DNA from: Candidatus Bathyarchaeota archaeon
GTDB taxonomy: Archaea > Thermoproteota > Bathyarchaeia > Bathyarchaeales > Bathycorpusculaceae
NCBI GenBank assembly: GCA_963717465.1
Contig: OY970340.1
Coordinates: 2,848,001-2,912,000 of the forward strand
Length of the DNA stretch: 64,000 bases
Direction: 5' to 3'
Part shown: piece by piece, positions 10,076-19,623 of the stretch
Layout: every line of letters begins with the position of its first letter
How positions within the stretch are numbered: position 1 is the stretch's first letter
The notes under the pieces: generated by a model
What the model was told of the DNA's origin: nothing
Database searches by the model: none
The model's input: only the letters and a program-made list of their open reading frames with translations
Program-made: the position numbers and the translations under genes

Positions 10076-10609
10076 TTGGATGTCTTTGAAGCAATTAAAG
10101 GAAGAAGAAGCATACGAAGCTACAAAAAACAGGACGTGCCAGACGACATTGTCAGGAAATTGGTTGAAGCAGCAATATTGGCGCCCTCTGCTGGAAACAT
10201 TCAACCCTACCAGCTTGTAATAGTCCGATCAGAAAAAACTCGGCAGCAACTTTCGAAGGCAGCATTTAACCAAAAAACACTGTTGGAAGCTAATGTGGTA
10301 ATCGTGGTTTGCGTAGATGAAAAACAGGCTTCAACAAAATATGGCGAAAGAGGCAAAAAACTATACTGCATCCAAGATACCGCTGCCGCCACTCAAAACA
10401 TTTTGTTGGCGGCTTATTCTTTGGGTTTAGGCACTTGCTGGATCGGCGCATTTAACGAAGACGACGTAAAGAAAGCGGTAAACGCTCCAAAAGAAATGCA
10501 CCCTGTAACCATGATTCCAATTGGATACCCAAACGAATCGCCTGAACAAAGGAGCAGACGCTCATTCGATGAAGTTGCTCTAAAAGAATCCTTTAAAGGC
10601 ACTTCCTAA
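10076..10609 (+). CDS. Nitroreductase family protein
   Basis: RRSIRSY, APSAGNIQP and LGLGTCWIG motifs. Confidence 0.92.
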   Translation: MDVFEAIKGRRSIRSYKKQDVPDDIVRKLVEAAILAPSAGNIQPYQLVIVRSEKTRQQLSKAAFNQKTLLEANVVIVVCVDEKQASTKYGERGKKLYCIQDTAAATQNILLAAYSLGLGTCWIGAFNEDDVKKAVNAPKEMHPVTMIPIGYPNESPEQRSRRSFDEVALKESFKGTS

Positions 10610-10895
10610 GAATTATTAGTTTCAGTTTAAATTTATCGGCTAACCCAGGCTAGCCTGCTATTACAGAGCAATGCATCGAAAAGAAATCCAAAAGCAACTA
10701 TCACAAGCTAGAAAAGCAAGCGCTAAAATCATCCCCTAAATCTGTTCCTTGTTTGGATAAATAATTAGATAATTAATTAGGGTTGTCGAGAACGAAAGAA
10801 CGGAATTATTCACCTTAATTATGCTTCAGTGTAAAAAAAGTTAACATGTGGCGGTTTTTGCAGGACTGTTAAAGGAATTTGGATTTAGATCGTGA

Positions 10896-11320
10896 TTAGC
10901 CGAATTTAATTTTCTCTTTTGGCTTAAGGTTCGATTCAAACGTCCAAAAGTATGCTTCACCCTTTCCTAATCTGAAGATAAATAATCCCGGGCTTTCAGC
11001 ATTATAACCCATGTCCTTCAAGAAGGGCCAATCCTTAACAAGCTGCCTCTTCAAGTTAACGTCGTTGATGAATTCAATCGACCCAGCAATTCGCAACATC
11101 TTCATTTCTCGAGAACTCATTGTTTAAAAAGCAGACTTCAATCTTCGGGTTTGCTTTTAACTGCTTAGGAATTTTTTTTGTCTGTTGTACCAAAATAAAA
11201 GCCTGTTTTATCCGCACGCCATATTCCAACTGCCCTAACCCGTGGTTGATCTCCTTCCACAGTTGCAAGATAGCAGGTTGAGTTTTCAGTTGCAAATTTA
11301 ACACAGTCATCAAAATCCAT
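10896..11320 (-). CDS. Pyridoxamine 5'-phosphate oxidase-like FMN-binding protein (frameshifted)
   Basis: MDFDDCVKFATENSTCYLATVEGDQPRVR... continues in other frames as QLKANPKIEVCF and MLRIAGSIEF; about two indels. Confidence 0.75.
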
Positions 11321-11476
11321 AATTCCATCACACAAGATGACTCAATTCGACAAAAATTTAAGTTTTTAGGTAACAAGCCAGATAAAAAGAAGGATAGCTC
11401 AAACTATGGAGCAACATCTAAAAAAGGTTGCAATATTATGCATTAATCGTTATTGCATGCTAATTGAAAAGACCAT

Positions 11477-11581
11477 TCACCCCTTGGTAAACAGGACCTT
11501 TTTCCAACCGCATTGACTGCAACTAAAAATCTTGGTTTTTAAATCTACACTTAACTTACTTTCACACGATGGACATTTCAA
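11477..11581 (-). CDS. Putative 34-aa zinc-finger microprotein
   Basis: TTG start after a GAAGGA RBS-like sequence; MKCPSCESKLSVDLKTKIFSCSQCGWKKVLFTKG* has two CxxC knuckles. Confidence 0.55.
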   Translation of the reverse strand: MKCPSCESKLSVDLKTKIFSCSQCGWKKVLFTKG

Positions 11582-11844
11582 GTTTAATTCCTTCGTTAAT
11601 TAATTATTGACTTTTAAACGAATACTTTGTTTTTGATTAAGAGACTTATGAATTAGAAATCCAGATTTCCAACCCGCTAAGCCTTCAATTGGCATCTCAG
11701 CCAGAAATTGGAAGATATCAACCAACAAAAGCATGCACTAAAAGAAGAACTACTTGCTGGACGATACAAGGGATAATCCGAAGAATGGCATATTCATCGA
11801 CAGCTACAGTGATAAAAGGAACACCCCAAGTTTTGTGCCGAGTT

Positions 11845-12927
11845 CTAAAAGAGAGTTTTTTGTTTTTCTCCTGAAACCAAACTTGAAACGCGTATGCCTA
11901 AGAGACGAACTTTTCTATCTTTTCTTAGGTTTGTCTTTAGGAGTTCAGTGGCGGTTTTTTTCAAGTCTTGAATTCGGTTTGTTATAAAAGGCAAAGTTTT
12001 GCTTCGGGTATGTGTTTCAAAGTTTTCGTAACGAATTTTTAAAGTGACAGTTTTGAAGAATAGATTTTGGCTGACTGTTTCTTTTTGAACCTCGTTTGAA
12101 AGGGAATTCAAAGCTTCAAAAATTAGATTTTGGTCAGAAGAGTCTTCTTCAAAAGTGATTTCGTGACTAACGCTTTTAACACCTACTCTGGGCTCAACTT
12201 CACTTCTATCGATGCCCTTTGCCATCAAGTACATTTGTGTGCCCATAACACCGAATCTTTCAGCTAAGACTGAAGGATCAAAATGCGCCAGGTCGCCGAT
12301 TGTGTTAATGCCTAACTCTTTTAGCCTAGCTTCTGTTTTGCGTCCGACCCACAGAAGTTTTCGCACTGGAAGAGGTGCAAGAAAATTTTCTGCTTCCTCG
12401 TCTCTCACCAAAGTCAAACCGTCAGGCTTCTGAATGTCGCTGGCTATCTTAGCAATGAGTTTATTAGGTCCAATTCCAATGGAACAGGTCAATTTCTCTT
12501 TTTGTTTTATTTCTTGCTTAATCAGCTTCGCGTAGGCTTCGGCTTCTGAAGGAGTTTTGGCTTTGCTGGTTACATCCAAGAATGCTTCATCTACACCCCA
12601 CTGCTCAAACTGGTCAGCATATTTTCTAACGATATCCATTATTTCTTTTGAAACCTTGATGTACAGATGAAAATTCGGAGGCAAATAAACCGCTTCTGGA
12701 CAGAGTTTCCACGCTTGTGAAATAGGCATGCCTGACTTGACTCCAGCTTTTCTTGCTTCATAATTGCTTGTGCTAACTACTCCTCTACCCTTGCCTTCCT
12801 TAGGGTTGGCGCCAACGATTACGGGTCTACCCTTGATTTCTGGGCGTTCGCGTTCCTCAACCGCTGTGTAAAAGTGATCCATATCCAAATGGAAAATAAC
12901 ACGCTTAATCCTATCTTGGAAGCCCAT
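11845..12927 (-). CDS. dinB: DNA polymerase IV (Y family, DinB/Dpo4)
   Basis: FHLDMDHFY, SNYEARK.GV, GVDEAFLD and AKIASD..KPDG motifs; start placed at MGFQD. Confidence 0.95.
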   Translation of the reverse strand: MGFQDRIKRVIFHLDMDHFYTAVEERERPEIKGRPVIVGANPKEGKGRGVVSTSNYEARKAGVKSGMPISQAWKLCPEAVYLPPNFHLYIKVSKEIMDIVRKYADQFEQWGVDEAFLDVTSKAKTPSEAEAYAKLIKQEIKQKEKLTCSIGIGPNKLIAKIASDIQKPDGLTLVRDEEAENFLAPLPVRKLLWVGRKTEARLKELGINTIGDLAHFDPSVLAERFGVMGTQMYLMAKGIDRSEVEPRVGVKSVSHEITFEEDSSDQNLIFEALNSLSNEVQKETVSQNLFFKTVTLKIRYENFETHTRSKTLPFITNRIQDLKKTATELLKTNLRKDRKVRLLGIRVSSLVSGEKQKTLF

Positions 12928-13295
12928 AAGGAAAAGTAACAGAGATTTTACTATTGAGCCTTTCCAACACAACCCGATAATAGAAAAAGCAAATTTTTGT
13001 TCGAGCAAAGAAGATGATAACAGTAACGACTAAACTTTACTTGTTAAAGACCCATTTTAAATGCAACTCGTTTAAAACCAACATTTATTAAAGCATTTTA
13101 CTTCTTATGGTAATTGTGGTTGCTTAGTCACGTGTTCTTCGCTTGAATAGCTACCATCTTAATACAAGTCTTTGCTTGAAATGCCTTTTTCAGAATAAAA
13201 GTGCAAAAATTAAAGCCTAAATAATCAAGCAAAAAGTCTGAAAATATAAAATTTATATGCAAGAGATTCTAATGAACGTTCAAAAGGTCTGACTT

Positions 13296-14528
13296 ATGAA
13301 AGTCGGGATTTTAACAGGTGGAGGAGATGCGCCGGGATTAAACGCGGTCATTTATGGTGCACTATTGCGAGCTTTTATGGAATGCCATGACAAAAAGACA
13401 TGCGAAGACATCGAGGTCGTCGGTATAAAAAAGGGTTGGATGGTTTTTGCTATGCCTGCAGAAGAGATGACGCCTGAAATCATCCAAAAATTTACAGTAA
13501 CATTGAATATCAGCAGTTTAGACGACCTTCACACGAAAGGAGGCACAGTGATATTCTCCTCCAGAACAAATCCCTACAAGGGTGTTGAGAAACTTGAGAC
13601 GGAGGAAGAAAAAACTGCCTTCCGTGAGAAAGTAGGTCGAGACTTAGCTGAGAAAATTAAGATTCTTGGGCTTGATGCTCTCATCGCCGTCGGAGGAGAT
13701 GACACCTGCGGAGTGGCGGCTGCAATGTATAAATTTGCCAACGCCAAAGTTGTCGCGTGCCCAAAAACAGTTGATAACGATTTAGCAGGGACAGATTATA
13801 CTTTTGGTTTTTTAAGTGGAGCCCAAGCGGCAAGCGACAGCTTAGAAGCGCTTACTACTACAGCGTATTCTCACCAGCGAATATTCGTGGTGGAAGTTAT
13901 GGGGCGAGATGCTGGCTGGCTAACATTGTACAGCGGCTTGTCCGCAGGATGCGACGTGATTTTGTTACCCGAAACCCCTTTCAATTTTGAAAAACACGTG
14001 GTAGATCAATTACGAAAGCGATCCAAAGCTGGATACAAGTATCACATGATTGCGTGTTCTGAAGGCGCCTATCCAACCAAGGAATCCCTTGACAAGGACT
14101 TTAAAACTTTTAGCCAGAAAGACATCGATAATCTGCCCAAAGACTCTTTTGGGAATCCGAAACTGAATCAATTGAACATGGCTTCCATTATTGAAAGAGA
14201 ATTAAAGCTAAGAGATGATTTGAAAGAAGAATTTGCAAGAAATGATGGCGAATATGAAATCCGCTCTGTAGTCTTAGGCCACACAATCCGTGGAGGGCAC
14301 CCGAATGTGTTTGACCGTATCTTAGGCTTACGATTTGGCTGGCATGCGATGGGTTATGTCATCAATAAAGAATTTGGAAAAATGACTTCTTTACAAGGAA
14401 CCGAGATTGTGCCCGTTGACATCATAAAAGGGTCAAGAAAGAAAGTGATAAATCCAAATTCCGACCTTGTAGAAATTCGAAATGCCATGACCTGCATCAA
14501 ACATAAAGCCAAGAATAACAATTGTTAA
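13296..14528 (+). CDS. PfkA-family phosphofructokinase, predicted PPi-dependent
   Basis: TGGGDAPG, GGDDT, PKTVDND and MGRDAG; Asp and Lys at the two donor-specificity positions. Confidence 0.88.
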   Translation: MKVGILTGGGDAPGLNAVIYGALLRAFMECHDKKTCEDIEVVGIKKGWMVFAMPAEEMTPEIIQKFTVTLNISSLDDLHTKGGTVIFSSRTNPYKGVEKLETEEEKTAFREKVGRDLAEKIKILGLDALIAVGGDDTCGVAAAMYKFANAKVVACPKTVDNDLAGTDYTFGFLSGAQAASDSLEALTTTAYSHQRIFVVEVMGRDAGWLTLYSGLSAGCDVILLPETPFNFEKHVVDQLRKRSKAGYKYHMIACSEGAYPTKESLDKDFKTFSQKDIDNLPKDSFGNPKLNQLNMASIIERELKLRDDLKEEFARNDGEYEIRSVVLGHTIRGGHPNVFDRILGLRFGWHAMGYVINKEFGKMTSLQGTEIVPVDIIKGSRKKVINPNSDLVEIRNAMTCIKHKAKNNNC

Positions 14529-14802
14529 AAGAGTTTCAAGCTTAAAGTCTAATCCAAGTTTTCGTTCGTTTAATTAACAAAATGACCGCCACTCTTTTGA
14601 AGAATATATAGCTAAGCATGAAAAACGTTTACTTCCAAAGAGTAATGTATCATTAACATTTGCAAAACAGTTAACCAATCATATTGTTCAGCTTAAATTT
14701 GCATTTAAGCCGTGTAATCAGTGTGGATTTGGAATTTTTATTCCAATTTCATAACAGCTTAAAATCATCATTGCATTATTAAATTCAATTGCGAGGCCGA
14801 AC

Positions 14803-15033
14803 TTGATGCGACAACTATCAAAAGAATCAGCTAGCACTATAGCCGTAGAATTCTTGAAAAGACAAAAGAACACCCAAAAAATCGACGTTGCAATGGTTGA
14901 AGAAAGCAAAGACGGATGGGTCGTCAGAGGAACCTGCCCAATAGACCTTGCGGGTCACCAGTGGGCTGAAAAATTCACTGTTATTATTGACTGGAAGGGC
15001 AAAGTGAAATCAACCGACTACGAGCTACTTTAA
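14803..15033 (+). CDS. Small hypothetical protein
   Basis: Compact 76-aa ORF with protein-like composition; weak resemblance to PepSY-like folds. Confidence 0.6.
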   Translation: MMRQLSKESASTIAVEFLKRQKNTQKIDVAMVEESKDGWVVRGTCPIDLAGHQWAEKFTVIIDWKGKVKSTDYELL

Positions 15034-15064
15034 TTTCTCAGTTAACAGTTTGATTTTTAAGTTA

Positions 15065-15439
15065 TCAGTTTGTTGCTTTTCCTCGAGGCTTGCGGGATTT
15101 TCTTAGCATCTCTCCGCATTCCGGACAATAACGATTGCCTTTTGCTAAGGGAATTAGTGTTCCAGGCGACCAATGATGCCCATATGGACAGTGATGAGCA
15201 TAAGGAAACGATTGGTGCTGATAATCCTGAGGATTCGTTATTACATCCTCTTCAGTGCTTGAATTACTGGGTTGAATATTAACTCGCGGGTAGCTTCTTG
15301 CTTCCAAATTTACTGTTGAGAGTTTCTTATACTTAATGCTCGCAGGGGTGCCACATCTATCACATTTCTCTGCTTCTCCAAGTAAGCTTCTACCACATTT
15401 TCTGCAGAAACGCATCACCCTGACCCCTAAAATATTCAA
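15065..15439 (-). CDS. Zinc-ribbon domain protein
   Basis: FCRKCG...CDRCG at the N-terminus and CPYGH...YCPECG at the C-terminus; likely start at ATG 15415. Confidence 0.65.
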   Translation of the reverse strand: MNILGVRVMRFCRKCGRSLLGEAEKCDRCGTPASIKYKKLSTVNLEARSYPRVNIQPSNSSTEEDVITNPQDYQHQSFPYAHHCPYGHHWSPGTLIPLAKGNRYCPECGEMLRKSRKPRGKATN

Positions 15440-15617
15440 GCTATCTGCAACTCACGACTATTTATTTACTTACCATAATCTTTTTTAGAATTACAACACT
15501 TCTTTGCACAAAGTGAACTCAAATTTTTTTAGCAAGTTAGCAATTTTTCCCTGTCACGTAACGCGTCTTTTTTGCAAGGCTTATAGGCGGCAATCAGGAC
15601 ATTAAACAGGATAACTA

Positions 15618-16910
15618 TTGGGTGTAAATTCTGAACCTCGAAAACTGAAAAGAACGCTGGGACTATGGAGTTCCGTAGCCATAAATATCGGAGCAATTAT
15701 CGGCGGCGGAATATTCGTAGTAATCGGAATAGTAGCCGGTTTGGCGGGTTCTGCACTTATCATTTCAATGGTAATCGCTGGCGTAATTGCTTTTTTAACA
15801 GCTTTAGCATTTGCTGAATTAACCGCTTGGAAACCTCTTGAAGGGAGCGTTTACGAGTATGGGAGACAATTAATTTCTCCTACAGCAGGTTTTCTTTCTG
15901 GTTGGATGTGGATGTGCTCAAATACCTTTAGCGGAGCGGCGGTCGCTTTAGGGTTTGGGTATTATTTGACAGCTGCTGTTCCAAGCTTGCCAAGCAATAT
16001 TGTTGCAGCCGGTGTATGCGTAGTTTTCATGATCATAAACTTAATCGGAGTACGAGAATCAGCTACAGTAAATAACATTCTTGTCTCCATCAAATTGGCT
16101 GTTCTGGGATTGTTCGTGGTTTACGGGGCATTATTCTTTAAATCCACAAATTTTACACCGTTTAGTCCTCTCTCAAGCGGCGTTCTTTACGGAGCTTTTT
16201 ACATTTTTTTCGCTTATGGCGGATTTGCAAGGATCGCAGTTGCAGCTGAGGAAGTTAAAGATGCTAAACGAACAGTACCGCGAGCAATGTTACTTTCCTT
16301 AGGAATCTCGATGGCATTGTATATTTTGGTAGGTATCGTAGCAATCGGATTATTAAAGCCTACATCTCTTGCTGCCTCTAACTCGCCCTTAACAGACGCT
16401 ATGGCAGTCACTGGAAACAGTGTAGCGGCACAAATTGTTTCTGTCGGTGGACTGGTAGCCACAGCAAGCGTGTTGTTGACATCGATCTTGGGAGTTTCAC
16501 GCATGGCTTTTTCGATGTCTAGAAACTCTGATTTGCCATCTTGGCTGTCAAAATTGCACGAAAAATTTGACACTCCGTATTATGCAATTATTGCTTCTGG
16601 AATAATAATGTCAGCACTGGTTTTGTTTGTGCCATTGGAGAATGTTGTGGCCGTTAGCACGTTCTCTTTATTGTTTTATTATTCAACGACGAACATTGCA
16701 GCTTTTAAGCTTAAAACGGGCCATAGGCGATATCATAAATTTATACATGTAATTGGATTAGCAACGTGTCTTTTGTTATTCTCTTTAGTTGTGTTTGCCT
16801 CATTTGATTCGGTTATAATCGGATTAATTTTCCTTTGTGCTGGCTTCGTGTTCTATCAAGCTTGGAAAAGATTGGCAAAAAGACCAAACGTTTCAAAAAA
16901 TGATCAATAA
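15618..16910 (+). CDS. APC-family amino acid permease
   Basis: GAIIGGGIF and FFAYGGF...AEEVKDAKRTVPRA motifs; about 12 TM helices. Confidence 0.92.
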   Translation: MGVNSEPRKLKRTLGLWSSVAINIGAIIGGGIFVVIGIVAGLAGSALIISMVIAGVIAFLTALAFAELTAWKPLEGSVYEYGRQLISPTAGFLSGWMWMCSNTFSGAAVALGFGYYLTAAVPSLPSNIVAAGVCVVFMIINLIGVRESATVNNILVSIKLAVLGLFVVYGALFFKSTNFTPFSPLSSGVLYGAFYIFFAYGGFARIAVAAEEVKDAKRTVPRAMLLSLGISMALYILVGIVAIGLLKPTSLAASNSPLTDAMAVTGNSVAAQIVSVGGLVATASVLLTSILGVSRMAFSMSRNSDLPSWLSKLHEKFDTPYYAIIASGIIMSALVLFVPLENVVAVSTFSLLFYYSTTNIAAFKLKTGHRRYHKFIHVIGLATCLLLFSLVVFASFDSVIIGLIFLCAGFVFYQAWKRLAKRPNVSKNDQ

Positions 16911-17113
16911 GCCACCTTGAAAATAGATTGACAGTTTCTGAATATCTTTTTTAATCGGTCTTACTCATTGGTTGGTAGATTTGCTTTAGTTACTAAATGG
17001 TAAGTCTTTCCTGTTTGGACGAAAGTTTTTTATTTGATGTTTATGATTGACTTTATGTTTCATAAAATATTGCCACAAGTATTATAATAAAAAGTTGTAA
17101 TTCAGGTGCAAAA

Positions 17114-17416
17114 ATGAACCTTCAATTGTATGCACTTCGAAGCTGGAATCAACATCGTCCAACAAAAAATCAGGTTCAACTTGTAGTTATAGACCTCGAC
17201 AAATCCACTAAATATCCACAAAACTTCGTTTGCGTCTTTCCGAAATATTTTCGTTTCATAGAAAAAAGACCGAGCCAATTCGTCAACATTTTCGGAGCAA
17301 AAAGTCTGCAAGTAGCAAAGAAACTTTTGATAGAAGCTTCTCGCAACGAAAAAGACCCAGAAGTCCGCCAAATCCTAAAAAATCGAATCAGGGAAACCGT
17401 ATTCCAAATAGAATAA
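17114..17416 (+). CDS. Hypothetical protein ('YPxNFVC' family), paralog of 58906..59280
   Basis: Aligns by eye over ~70 aa with 58906..59280 (VIDLDKSTKYPQNFVCVFP vs VIDMCKSKSYPSNFVCMLP). Confidence 0.7.
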   Translation: MNLQLYALRSWNQHRPTKNQVQLVVIDLDKSTKYPQNFVCVFPKYFRFIEKRPSQFVNIFGAKSLQVAKKLLIEASRNEKDPEVRQILKNRIRETVFQIE

Positions 17417-17720
17417 TAAGAGATTAATTGGTTTTTGAATTTGCCATTTACCCTGGATTTACGAGAATTAATCCTTCTTTTCCAGGAATAATGCTCATGA
17501 AATAACTTTGCTCTAATGATATATAACATAGACAAGTGCGATCATTATGTGTTTCAATTACTAGAAAGATGTCAAATAACAGTTTAATTTCCCAGATTTC
17601 AGGAAATATTCAATAATTTACGCTGGAAAAAACGAACAAGTTAAATCAAGATACTTAATCAAACAGGCTATTAACCAGTACCCCTAAATTATTTGTTTAA
17701 GCGCGTGGTTTAGGGCAACG

Positions 17721-18975
17721 ATGAAAAAGAAAGAAAAGATTGAGATAGCAAAAACACGGCTTGTAGTTCTTGATGTGGAAGGAGTACTAGTTCCCAAAAA
17801 ACCGCTTCATATTTGATGTTGGAAAAAAAATAGGCTTTTCTAAACTTATTAGCTTCATTATTTTCGGGTTTCTTTATGAAATAGGTATGCTTTCTTTGGA
17901 ATCAACATTGAAAAGAGTTTACAAGAACTTACACGGCGTAACAATAGAGACCCTCTTGAGCATTTTTGAGAAAATTCCGGCGACCCCTCAGTTTAATTCT
18001 TTTTTTGAGGAATTAAAATCGCGTAAATGCAAAATTGCATTGATAAGCTCAGGATTGCCCACTATTGTTGTTAATAAGTTGGGTTCGAAAATCGGCGCTG
18101 ATTATTGTTTTGGAATAGAAGCAGGATTAGCTAATGGCAAATTGACGGGCGAAATTGGCGGCGAAGTTATACGAAAAAATGGAAAATTGGTTCTTTTAAA
18201 TCAAATTTTGCGAAACGAACAGTTAAGCCAGCGTGAATGCGCTATCGTGGCTGATGATAGGAATAACAGTTGTCTTTTTCTACCCGAAGTGAAAAAAATA
18301 GGTTACAATCCTGATTTCATCTTAAGGGTTAAAGCTGACTATGTGGTTTCAGGCAGTATTTCGAATATTTTGCCTATAATCGATGGGAATTCCGTTAAAC
18401 GTTCATTTCCGTCTACAAATGATTTTGTAAGAGAAAATATTCATGCCTCTGCCTTGTTTATTCCAATAGTCGCAGGTTTAGTTGGTGCACCAATCGTAAT
18501 CACCTTTATTTGTTTAATTGCTGCAGTCTATGCTATTTCTGAACTTCTTCGTTTAAACGGAATAAAGCTACCCATCATTTCGGCAATTACGAATCACGCA
18601 GCATCCCAGTCTGAACTCTTCGGCTTTGCTGCTGCACCATTGTATTATGCTCTCGGCATAGTACTTGCACTTCTATTTCCTACACCCGCAAGCAGCGCTG
18701 CCATAGCAATGTTTGCTTTAGGCGATAGTGCAGCCTCAATTTTCGGAGGCCTTTTCCATTTCTCGATACGCTTGCCATTCAACAAAGGCAAAACTCTGGA
18801 AGGCTCCTTAGCTGGGTTCTTTTTCGCTTTCCTCGCAGGCACCATCTTTTTGCCACCGCAAATAGCATTAATTGGAGCGGCAATTGCAATGACAATTGAG
18901 TATCTTCCCTTACCCATAAACGATAACGTAACAATACCTGTACTCACAGCTTTAGCATTAACACTAATCATATAA
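17721..18975 (+). CDS. HAD hydrolase fused to a CTP-dependent polyprenol kinase domain (SEC59/VTE5/DGK1-like); frameshift near 17795
   Basis: ATG 17721 gives LVVLDVEGVL (HAD motif I) before an A-run indel; then LISSG, K and VADDRNN; C-terminal membrane domain with RENIH, LGDSAASIFG, KTLEGS and INDNVTIP. Confidence 0.8.
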
Positions 18976-19066
18976 TAATAACTATAAGGTCTTCCACATC
19001 CGGTTTGAACATTTTTAAGGCTCGTTAAGTGTGAAAATGTTAGACTTGAATTAGCAAAACCTCAGT

Positions 19067-19118
19067 GGTTCACAGGCTTCTCCAAATCTTTAGGTTCACA
19101 GGCTTCTCCAAATCTTTA
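19067..19118. repeat. Perfect tandem duplication of 26 bp
   Basis: GGTTCACAGGCTTCTCCAAATCTTTA occurs twice in tandem. Confidence 0.9.
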
Positions 19119-19179
19119 AACCCTAAGAATTAACAGAATCGTTCTAACAAAGTTTATATGTATGGCCAACCAACTTAAA

Positions 19180-19266
19180 TTGGATGGATTATCCAACCAT
19201 CAGAAAACCAGCAGGGTTTGCCGTCTCTCCTGATCTCAGCGGCAAACCCTTGGTTTAAATATCCAA
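19180..19266 (+). ncRNA. Candidate structured small RNA or 24-codon sORF
   Basis: TTTATAT box at ~19153-19159; stem AAACCA-gc-AGGGTTTGCCG / CGGCAAACCCT-TGGTTT (19205-19256); sORF 19184-19258. Confidence 0.35.
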
Positions 19267-19623
19267 TGATGCACAAGCCGATTAAGTCGAAAATCAAGTC
19301 CTTCAGTGAATGGTTAGCTTCTGAAAAATAGAAGTTTAAAGAGTCCGTCAATCGCTCTTAGCTTAGCCCTAATAATGCAGCTGTACAAGCGCCAAAATAG
19401 TTATCTAAGTTTTTAGCACATATTTTGGTGTTTGCTGAGAAAACGCCTAATCGTTTGAAAGAAACAAACTTTCCGCTCGGCAGACCCACGACAACATGCC
19501 AACCTTGGTAAAAAGTTTATTCTAAAAGGAGATAATCAAATAAGATTACTTAACGGCAACCAAACAACTCTAACAACCTAAAATGCAAAATGCTTAAGCG
19601 GTGCTTAACTTTTTCACCAAAAA

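Noticed and set aside
19067..19118. 26-bp repeat as a mini-CRISPR
   Set aside because: The copies are directly adjacent with no spacer, and no cas genes are present.
19265..19324. Possible box C/D sRNA (ATGATGC...CTGA)
   Set aside because: The C box is imperfect, there are no convincing C'/D' boxes, and I could not recognise a guide target.
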